From NCBI GenBank assembly GCA_964500675.1, contig CAZCNY010000007.1, positions 81,582 through 145,581 of the forward strand: a stretch of 64,000 nucleotides of DNA, read 5' to 3'. The notes under the pieces are model-generated. The model saw nothing but the letters and a program-made list of their open reading frames with translations, was not told the origin of the DNA and did not search any database. The stretch comes from an uncultured Verrucomicrobiaceae bacterium. Lineage in GTDB: Bacteria > Pseudomonadota > Gammaproteobacteria > Pseudomonadales > CAMLJR01. This document shows, in pieces, positions 22,378-29,656 of the stretch (position 1 is its first letter; each line of letters starts with the position of its first letter). Position numbers and translations under genes: made by a program.

Positions 22378-23019
22378 ATGAGCGACGCGACGGTAAATAC
22401 AGAAGAAGCTTCGCCGGCGGCCGGCGCTTTTGATAACAAGAAAGGATCTGATAACAAACAAGCAGCTGCACGGGGGCATCTTCCCGGCTCATCCGCCATG
22501 TGGTTTTTTATCCTCGGCGACTTAATGATTTTTGGTGTTTACTTCATTTGCTATGTGTATTACCGCGGCCAGAACCAGCCGCTGTTTCTGCAAAACCAAC
22601 AACATTTGAATCAGACGGTTGGCGTTATCAATACCGTCATACTGCTGACAAGCTCGCTGTTTGTCGCGCTCGGTACCCAAGCCGCGCGCGCGGGGAAAAC
22701 CAACGATGCCTTTCGCCTGTTCGGCATTGCGTTGGCGTTTGGGGCGTTTTTCCCATTTCTCAAAATGACGGAGTGGATACCCAAAATCAGCGCGGGTATG
22801 ACGCCCGGAGCAAATCTTTTTTTCATGTATTACTACGTGATGACGGGGCTGCATCTGTATCACGTGTTGCTCGGGCTCGTGCTTATCGGTTTTGTCATGT
22901 ATGACTTGCGCAAGTCGAGCCAGCCCAATATTGCGTTTGTCGAAAACGGCGCCATTTATTGGCACATGGTCGATTTGCTCTGGCTGGTTTTGTTCGCGCT
23001 GTTTTATTTAATGAGATAG
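22378..23019 (+). CDS. heme-copper oxidase subunit III-like protein (NorE/NirO/CyoC-like, 5 TM)
   Basis: ORF 22132..23019 trimmed to ATG 22378 (GAGGTGG upstream). HLPGSSAMWFFILGDLMIFG...YYYVMTGLHLYHVLLGL...YWHMVDLLWLVLFALFYL follows the short subunit-III pattern. Confidence 0.8.
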   Translation: MSDATVNTEEASPAAGAFDNKKGSDNKQAAARGHLPGSSAMWFFILGDLMIFGVYFICYVYYRGQNQPLFLQNQQHLNQTVGVINTVILLTSSLFVALGTQAARAGKTNDAFRLFGIALAFGAFFPFLKMTEWIPKISAGMTPGANLFFMYYYVMTGLHLYHVLLGLVLIGFVMYDLRKSSQPNIAFVENGAIYWHMVDLLWLVLFALFYLMR

Positions 23020-23022
23020 AGA

Positions 23023-23301
23023 ATGACGGCATACCTGCGTAATCCGCTAACTTACGTCTGGGCTTTTTTGACGCTCATTACGATCGCGTCGTGGTGGATC
23101 AGCCGAAGCAGCGGTGCTGAGTTTAAAATCAATCCGGCAGTTACCGCCGGTGTGTTGCTGATCGCGCTGATTAAATCGCGGCTGGTGCTGCGCTATTTCA
23201 TGGAGGTGCGCACCGCGCCGGCATGGTTGCGCTGGGTTTGCGACGGCTGGCTTATGGTTGCTTTCGGACTGATTTTCGCGTTCTATTACGTCTCGCTGTG
23301 A
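23023..23301 (+). CDS. small membrane protein, prokaryotic cytochrome oxidase subunit IV-like (NorF/NirP/CyoD-like)
   Basis: 92 aa with 3 TM segments, starting 3 nt after the subunit-III-like gene. Size, position and hydrophobicity match subunit IV family proteins. The sequence-level call is from memory only. Confidence 0.6.
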   Translation: MTAYLRNPLTYVWAFLTLITIASWWISRSSGAEFKINPAVTAGVLLIALIKSRLVLRYFMEVRTAPAWLRWVCDGWLMVAFGLIFAFYYVSL

Positions 23302-23352
23302 AGTTTTAAAATGACCGCGTCGATACCGCCATAATTTCCGGAGACACTGATC

Positions 23353-24411
23353 ATGCGCGTAGGGTTACATTTGGGGTATCAGAATCTCAACGGCATGTCC
23401 GATGCCGAGAAATTCATGCAGGAAACCCGGTTCGCTATTGAGGCCGAGGCGATGGGTTTCGATTATGTCGGCCCGGTCGAGCATCACTTTACCGATTATG
23501 CGGCGTGCCCCGATCCTTTTCAGATGTTGGCCTACGTCGCGGCGAAAACAAAAACAATAAAACTGATTACGGCCGCGACCATTTTGCCGTGGAATAATCC
23601 GCTGCGCGTGGTGGAGCAGGCGATCGAACTCGATATTTTGAGCGAAGGGCGTTTGATACTCGGCATGGGTCGCGGCGCGGCGCGCCGGGAATTCAAATCG
23701 TTCGGCGTCGAACTCAAAGATTCGCGCGAAATGTTCGATGAAGCTGCGCTCATCGTTATGCAGGGCACCGAAACCGGTATCGTCGAAGCCGACGGCCAAT
23801 GGTTCAAGATTCCGCGCACCGAAATTCGTCCGCGTCCGTTCAAATCCTTTAAAGATCGCACCGTCATGGTGTCGATGTCACCTTCGTCGGTGGACGTGGC
23901 GGCGCGCTATGGGTTGCAAACGCTGCGCTTTTCGCAGGGCGATTGGCGCAATGCGATTCCCGAAATCAATCAATACCGAAAAACATTCCTCGAATTGCAC
24001 AAGCGCGAAGCGCCACCGTTTATTATTTCCGACTTCGTGCTGTGCTTTAACGATAAGCGCAGGGTGACCGAATATTGCGATAAATATTTTTCGCGCATGT
24101 TCGCGACGGTCGCCAATCATTACGAATTCATGAGCGCCCATTTCAAGGAGCTGCCGTCGTATTCGACCTATGCCTACATGGGTCAAATGGCGGAAGCCGC
24201 CGGCGGCCCCGACAAGGCTTATCGCGATTACATCGGCGGCAATATGATCGGCACGCCCGAAGAATTGGTGGAGTACCATCTCAACCGCGCGTCGATGGTT
24301 GGCGATTACGAAATTCTCGCGAATTTCAGTTTTGGCGGTTTGCCTTACGAATTGGTTTACGAGCAGGCCAAATTGTTCGCGGACAAGGTTTTGCCGAAAC
24401 TCAAAGGCTAA
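23353..24411 (+). CDS. LuxA-like LLM-class flavin-dependent monooxygenase
   Basis: 352 aa. The FDYVGPVEHHFTDYAACPDPFQMLAYVAA and GRLILGMGRGAARREF blocks parallel bacterial luciferase alpha (LLEHHFTEFG..., GRFRFGICRG). GGAG RBS present. Confidence 0.85.
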   Translation: MRVGLHLGYQNLNGMSDAEKFMQETRFAIEAEAMGFDYVGPVEHHFTDYAACPDPFQMLAYVAAKTKTIKLITAATILPWNNPLRVVEQAIELDILSEGRLILGMGRGAARREFKSFGVELKDSREMFDEAALIVMQGTETGIVEADGQWFKIPRTEIRPRPFKSFKDRTVMVSMSPSSVDVAARYGLQTLRFSQGDWRNAIPEINQYRKTFLELHKREAPPFIISDFVLCFNDKRRVTEYCDKYFSRMFATVANHYEFMSAHFKELPSYSTYAYMGQMAEAAGGPDKAYRDYIGGNMIGTPEELVEYHLNRASMVGDYEILANFSFGGLPYELVYEQAKLFADKVLPKLKG

Positions 24412-24439
24412 TCAAATAATAACGTAGGGGATTCAGTCG

Positions 24440-25195
24440 ATGGCGGAAAACAAACGCATTGCGCTGGTGACTGGCGGCGGTGTCGGCATGGGCGCGGCGG
24501 CGTGTCAGCGTTTCGCCAGAGATGGCATGGCGGTGGCTGTGCTCGATATCAACGGTGATGCCGCTGCAAGCGTGGCGGCTGCAATCAATGCGGCTGGCGG
24601 TCGAGCACTGGCGGTTGTCGCGGATGTCTCCGATCGAGCGCAGGTGGAAATTGCCGTCGATAAAATTCGCGCAGCGCTCGGCCCGATTACCGTGTTGGTA
24701 AATAACGCCGGGGTCGAGAGCTTTATGCCATTTGAGGAAATCGGCGACGATACCTGGGATCGGTTGATGGCGGTCAATCTCAAGGGTGCGTACATCGTCA
24801 CCCAGGTTGTGCTGCCGGATATGTTCGCGTGCGGCTGGGGACGAATAATCAACATCTCTTCGTTCGGTGCGCAAATCGGCGCGCCGACGATGGTGCATTA
24901 CTCGGCATCGAAAGGCGGCATTATTTCTATGACAAGATCGCTGGCATTAGAACTCGGTCGAAGAGGTATTACCGTGAATTCAATTGCGCCAGGCTTCATC
25001 GATACGCCGATGGCGCGTCGAGCGATAGCGGGTAATAAATTTCCTATGCCCATCGAGGACATGCTCAAGTCATATCCCATTCCGCGTTTGGGAAAACCGG
25101 AGGAAGTGGCGGCGGCCTGCGCGTTTTTCGCCTCCGAAGAGGCGGGATATATCACCGCGCAACTGTTGGGTGTTAATGGCGGAACGGCGGTTTAG
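24440..25195 (+). CDS. SDR-family oxidoreductase (FabG-like)
   Basis: 251 aa with TGGGVGMG cofactor motif, NNAG, and the S...YSASK catalytic triad context. Confidence 0.9.
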   Translation: MAENKRIALVTGGGVGMGAAACQRFARDGMAVAVLDINGDAAASVAAAINAAGGRALAVVADVSDRAQVEIAVDKIRAALGPITVLVNNAGVESFMPFEEIGDDTWDRLMAVNLKGAYIVTQVVLPDMFACGWGRIINISSFGAQIGAPTMVHYSASKGGIISMTRSLALELGRRGITVNSIAPGFIDTPMARRAIAGNKFPMPIEDMLKSYPIPRLGKPEEVAAACAFFASEEAGYITAQLLGVNGGTAV

Positions 25196-25260
25196 TTTCG
25201 TCAATCGATTGAAACGCACAGGCTCCTATCGAAGCTGTGTCGAAAAACTACCCAGTAAAA

Positions 25261-25389
25261 TTAGCTCTTAGGGTAAAACGAAACATCGGCACTCGCGCGG
25301 AAATTGACTACACGCAGTCCGGCGGGACCGGCCGCAAAACCGTAGTAGGTATTGCCGGGAATATAATGGGATGTACTCGCTTGCGCCAT
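25261..25389 (-). CDS. unlisted 42-codon ORF (MAQASTSHYIPGNTYYGFAAGPAGLRVVNFRASADVSFYPKS)
   Basis: Below the ORF-track size cutoff. The ATG is preceded by cccGAGGAGttatgaatt (strong SD, 8-nt spacing) and lies 35 nt downstream of the LLM stop on the same strand. I recognise no homologue. Confidence 0.4.
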   Translation of the reverse strand: MAQASTSHYIPGNTYYGFAAGPAGLRVVNFRASADVSFYPKS

Positions 25390-25424
25390 AATTCATAACT
25401 CCTCGGGAACTAGACACGATTACA

Positions 25425-26333
25425 TCAAAGTTTTGCAATCACCTCCGCTCCAAACCGCGCGGCGTTATCGCACCATTCCGCGCGCGTTTTGCCATCGATG
25501 CTGATGCCCGCGCCGATCACGCCCATTTCCTTGAATTTGCCGATCTTGTCGATGAGTTGTGGCGGAGTCCATTTTTCTCCCGGTTGCGTGATGCTGGCGA
25601 GAAATATCTGCGGCAGGTTGTTGCGTCCGACTTTTTCGCAGTGTTCGCGCATGTAAGCGATGCCGTCGGCGAGGTCGAGTTCGCTGGTCATCGCGGCGGT
25701 GCGTGCGGTCGATGAGACTTGTGCGGGCGTGAAGAAGGGATTCCAGCCGTCGGCCATTTCGACGACGCGGCGAATCGCGCGTTTGGAATTGCCGCCGATA
25801 TAGAGAAGCGGATGCGGCGTTTGCACCGGACGCGGACGCATGCGATTGCCGCGCGCGCTGTAGCCGGTGCCTTCGAAATTAAATTCTTCGCCGGTCCACG
25901 CGAGCTTCATCGCTTGCAGATATTCATCCATGGTTTCGTTGCGGCGTTCGAAATCTGCGCCGAGCGCGAAATATTCGCCTTTCAAATAACCCGCACCGAA
26001 GCTCAACGTTAAACGGCCGTTGGAAAATACATCGAGCGTCGCCGCTGCGCGCGCGACAATGAATGGATTGCGATACGGCAAAACTAAAATGCCGGTTTGC
26101 AGGCGCAATTTTTTCGTGTGCGCGGCGACGAGGCTCAGCATCACGAACGGATCTTGCGCATCGTGGCCGCCGGCATCGAGCCACTTGGCCGTCGGGCAGG
26201 GATGGTCGGTGACATTGCCGCCATTAAATCCAGCGCGCTCTACCGTTTGGCTGATTTCGGCAACCGCATCCATGGTGAGAAATTCTTGCGGAGCAAACGT
26301 GTGATCGAAGGGGAGCGTTACGTTGAGTTTCAT
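25425..26333 (-). CDS. LLM-class oxidoreductase, probably F420-dependent (Rv2161c-like subgroup)
   Basis: ORF 25425..26354 (TTG) trimmed to ATG 26333 (MKLNVTLPF...). NVTDHPCP, LQTGILVLPYRNP and GRLTLSFGAGY blocks are typical of the short (~300 aa) LLM group annotated as F420-dependent. The cofactor assignment is an inference. Confidence 0.75.
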   Translation of the reverse strand: MKLNVTLPFDHTFAPQEFLTMDAVAEISQTVERAGFNGGNVTDHPCPTAKWLDAGGHDAQDPFVMLSLVAAHTKKLRLQTGILVLPYRNPFIVARAAATLDVFSNGRLTLSFGAGYLKGEYFALGADFERRNETMDEYLQAMKLAWTGEEFNFEGTGYSARGNRMRPRPVQTPHPLLYIGGNSKRAIRRVVEMADGWNPFFTPAQVSSTARTAAMTSELDLADGIAYMREHCEKVGRNNLPQIFLASITQPGEKWTPPQLIDKIGKFKEMGVIGAGISIDGKTRAEWCDNAARFGAEVIAKL

Positions 26334-26377
26334 GATGAGTCTCTTTAATTTCAAAAAATCTTTTCGAAAAAAATAAA

Positions 26378-27235
26378 TTAATTTTCAATATCGCCAACCA
26401 GCGTCCACTTGCCCGCTTTGTTGCGAATCCATCCGCTCGATGCCCAGGTGCCGCCATCGACGGGAATCACGGTGCCCGTCACGTATTCGCTCATTTTCGA
26501 GGCGAGAAATACCGCGACATTGCCGCACTCGGTATCGATGCCGGGACGGCTGAGTGGAATGCGACGCGCGGTGGCGTCGGCTTGCGCAGGTGTCGGTTGA
26601 ATCCATGTCGAAGGATCGACCGGGCCTTTGATATTGCCGCTGAGTCCTGGCGTTAGGGTGTAATCGGGCGCAATCGCGTTGACGCGAATACCGTGATCGG
26701 CAAGCTCCAGTGCGAGCGAGCGCGTGAAATTGAGCATGCCGGCTTTACATGCGGCGTACACGGAAAAATACGGCGCCGCGCGCGATGCCTCGATACTCGC
26801 GACGTTGATAATGGCGCCGCCGCGTTTGCCATCGATGATGTGCGGCGCTGCCGCGGACGTTGCCGCGAGCATGCTGACTAAATTCAAATCGATCGCGCGG
26901 CGCCACGCGCGTTCGGATTGCTCGATAAACGGTTTGGGTGCGACACCGCCGGCGTTGTTGACGAGAATATCGATGCGCCCGAAATGTTTGTGCGTGCTTT
27001 CGACCATCACGCGAATCTGATCGGTGTCGGTGACGTCGGTCGTCACGGGCAACGCTGCGCGTCCCATTTCGCGCACACGCGCCGCCGTTTCCTCGCAGCG
27101 CTCGGGAACGATATCGGCGATGACAATATTTGCGCCCGCCGCTGCGAACGCGAGTGCAATCGCTCTGCCGATGCCGCCACCGCCGCCGGTGACGATGGCG
27201 ACTTGATCCGTTAAAAGTATGTCGGTTGTCTGCAA
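26378..27235 (-). CDS. SDR-family oxidoreductase
   Basis: 285 aa with VAIVTGGGGGIGRAIA, NNAG and YAACKAG catalytic motif. TTG start with GAGAGA upstream. Confidence 0.88.
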   Translation of the reverse strand: MQTTDILLTDQVAIVTGGGGGIGRAIALAFAAAGANIVIADIVPERCEETAARVREMGRAALPVTTDVTDTDQIRVMVESTHKHFGRIDILVNNAGGVAPKPFIEQSERAWRRAIDLNLVSMLAATSAAAPHIIDGKRGGAIINVASIEASRAAPYFSVYAACKAGMLNFTRSLALELADHGIRVNAIAPDYTLTPGLSGNIKGPVDPSTWIQPTPAQADATARRIPLSRPGIDTECGNVAVFLASKMSEYVTGTVIPVDGGTWASSGWIRNKAGKWTLVGDIEN

Positions 27236-27254
27236 AATAAAATTCTCTCAAACT

Positions 27255-27279
27255 AAACCAAATCAAACCAAATCAAATC
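27255..27279. repeat. short tandem decamer in an intercistronic spacer
   Basis: AAACCAAATC AAACCAAATC AAATC lies between the unknown 360-aa gene and the SDR gene. Confidence 0.6.
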
Positions 27280-27311
27280 AAGGCGAATGTCGGTGCTGTC
27301 AGCAAATAGCA

Positions 27312-28394
27312 TCAGCCAATAGTCGTCAGACTTTCATGTGATGAGCGCTCCATCATGCCATAGGCGGTTTGATCATCCCAGGTATAACGCACGCCCGTTT
27401 GCTGCAAGTTGAGGCCGCCGATATCGGGATTGCCGACGCGGAACGTCGACAACGCCGTCACGCCTTTGATGCGCGTAATGCCTAAATCGGATTCGAGTTC
27501 CAATGATGCATCGTCGCCTTCGCCGATAATACGGCGCAGCCACGGAATTTTCACGGCGCGCGCAGGATGCATTTTGCCATCTTGAAAAATATAACCCTCG
27601 TTCAATGCGGTGCCATCTTCGCGCGGCGGATAAGTGATATAGCCGAACGCGCGGCCATCGGGAAATACCGCGGATTGCCAGCAGTGCCCGCGAAAGCCGC
27701 CGAGTGGGCGCACGCTCTGGCGTTTAATGCGTAATCCAGAGCCTTTGAATTCACGCTCTTTGCCATCGAGATAAATCTCTTTACCATCAACAGAAAAAAA
27801 ACCGCGCGCGCGAAATAATTGTTCGAAGCGCCAGCCGATGCCCATGTACGCGGCTTCGGCAGCTTCCTTCTCCGACATTTTCGCCACTTTCTCCGGCGAA
27901 AAATCCTGCACCCACGCCGGCGTGACCATTTCCAATTCGACGTCGAAACGCACCTGCGTGCGCTTGTTCGGATCGATGGTTTTGTGAATTTGCTGATCCA
28001 CAGTGCCATCGATTGCGCTGCCATCGAAGGTCATGCGCCATTTGCGAAATGGCTCTAAGCACTGAAATGCAATCGGCCCGGCACCTAAGATTGCGGGTTT
28101 GCCGCTGGCATCGAAAGGCGAATGCGCAGCGCCCATACCGGCGCCATTCAAAATGCGTCCGCCCGCAATAGCAAAATTGCCTTGCACGCGACGGTTGTCC
28201 CACGACGACGCTTCGGCTTCGATGCCGACACGCGGAAACGCGAACGCGCCGTTTTCTTCGTACAGCCATACCGATGTGCTCTCGCGCATGTCTGGATTCG
28301 CGGGTTTTTCCGCAAAAAATAAATCGTGCTCGGGTGTGAGCCCATTCATCATTTGTTCGAGTGCTATTTGTTTGGGTGTTAAGGACATTTTCAT
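27312..28394 (-). CDS. conserved-looking protein of unknown function (360 aa)
   Basis: ORF 27312..28529 trimmed to MKMSLTPKQ... at 28394. This forms an ATGA overlap with the sulfotransferase stop and has GGGGA upstream. Soluble, beta-rich composition. I can name no motif. Confidence 0.65.
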   Translation of the reverse strand: MKMSLTPKQIALEQMMNGLTPEHDLFFAEKPANPDMRESTSVWLYEENGAFAFPRVGIEAEASSWDNRRVQGNFAIAGGRILNGAGMGAAHSPFDASGKPAILGAGPIAFQCLEPFRKWRMTFDGSAIDGTVDQQIHKTIDPNKRTQVRFDVELEMVTPAWVQDFSPEKVAKMSEKEAAEAAYMGIGWRFEQLFRARGFFSVDGKEIYLDGKEREFKGSGLRIKRQSVRPLGGFRGHCWQSAVFPDGRAFGYITYPPREDGTALNEGYIFQDGKMHPARAVKIPWLRRIIGEGDDASLELESDLGITRIKGVTALSTFRVGNPDIGGLNLQQTGVRYTWDDQTAYGMMERSSHESLTTIG

Positions 28395-29536
28395 TTTCCC
28401 CGCTTGGTCCACGCCGTCATGCGCGCGACATAATCCGAAAATAATTCGCGCACCTGATTGAGATCGACACCGTAAGCGCTCGCTTCTTTTTTTGAACTCG
28501 GTTCGCGATTTTCCGAATTCTGCTTCCACCAGCGCGCCATATTGGTTTCGAACTCGGCGCTGATCGGTTCGCCGAGCCAGTCATATAAACCGCGCACTTC
28601 GCGGATGGGGTCTTCGTGCATGGCGCGAAAATGAATATCGTAGAAACGTGCGTTATGGTTGGCCGCGTCGCGGAATTTCAGCGCGCGCTTCATTCCCTCG
28701 GACCACTGCCGAATATTCAGCTCCGCCACCGAAGCGATATCGAGATGTTCGGTGAATTTGCCGATGATATCGGCATACACTTCGATCACCGACAGCATGA
28801 CATCGGTGGGGTCGCGGTGCGTCATCACAAAACGCGCATCGGGAAAAGCGTTGTTGAGATGATCCAGATAAATTAAATGCGTCGGGCATTTGAGCCGCCA
28901 CGATTTTTCCGGCATGCGCCACTGCAATAATTTCAGCGCGCGGCGCTCGTACAGATACGTCGATGTCAGATCGGCGTCGAGCAGCCAATCGGCGTAAGAT
29001 GGAATTTGCGCGAACGCGATAAATATTTGCGATTTAAAATCGAGAGCCATTAAATCCTGACATTCTGCGGGCGCGTCTGCGCCGGAGGGCACGTGCGTTT
29101 TCAATCCGGTTGCGCGCTGCATCGCGGCGTCGTGATCGATTTTTGTATTTGCCAGGCAGGGCGGTGGGCACGGTTGCGCTGCTTCCATTCTGCGCAGCGA
29201 ACGCGCGTTGGGATCTTCCGCCAACAGAAATGACAGTACCGTCGAGCCCGTGCGCGGCAGGCTGATGCCGATCAGCGGCGCCTTGATCGACACCGCGTCG
29301 ATTTCCGGATATCGGCGATACCAGTCTTCAATTTGCAAACGCTGCTTGAGATGGTTGAGGATGCGCTCGCGCAGAATCTTGTCGCCGAGTGCATTGAGTT
29401 TCGCCTCGTTATTCAGCGCATCGACGAGAATTTCGAGACCTTCGAGGAACGTGTCCGCGCCGAAATCGTTGAGCCCGGTTTCAGCTTTGGCGATATCGAG
29501 CAACGTTTTATATCCTTCCACGGTCGAGCTCCTCAT
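28391..29536 (-). CDS. sulfotransferase-family protein (PAPS-dependent, Stf-like)
   Basis: 381 aa with an LPRTGSTVLSFLL 5'-PSB loop and a later THRDPTDVMLS block, typical of the bacterial Sulfotransfer_3-type family. Confidence 0.8.
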   Translation of the reverse strand: MRSSTVEGYKTLLDIAKAETGLNDFGADTFLEGLEILVDALNNEAKLNALGDKILRERILNHLKQRLQIEDWYRRYPEIDAVSIKAPLIGISLPRTGSTVLSFLLAEDPNARSLRRMEAAQPCPPPCLANTKIDHDAAMQRATGLKTHVPSGADAPAECQDLMALDFKSQIFIAFAQIPSYADWLLDADLTSTYLYERRALKLLQWRMPEKSWRLKCPTHLIYLDHLNNAFPDARFVMTHRDPTDVMLSVIEVYADIIGKFTEHLDIASVAELNIRQWSEGMKRALKFRDAANHNARFYDIHFRAMHEDPIREVRGLYDWLGEPISAEFETNMARWWKQNSENREPSSKKEASAYGVDLNQVRELFSDYVARMTAWTKRGK

Positions 29537-29656
29537 TGCGTCGGGTAGGTGAAGAGGTTACCTAATTTTAGCGAGTATCGTTATTAAGGTTCGTTAATCA
29601 TTAAACTCCGCTAAGATTTACGCGGCATTTTCAGAACAACGGCAAAGGAGTTAGCC

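Noticed and set aside
25199-25225. Palindrome TCAATCGATTGA within GTTTCG...GAAAC just after the SDR stop, considered as a terminator
   Set aside because: The stem is short with competing registers, and no T-run follows on either strand. This is insufficient to call a terminator.
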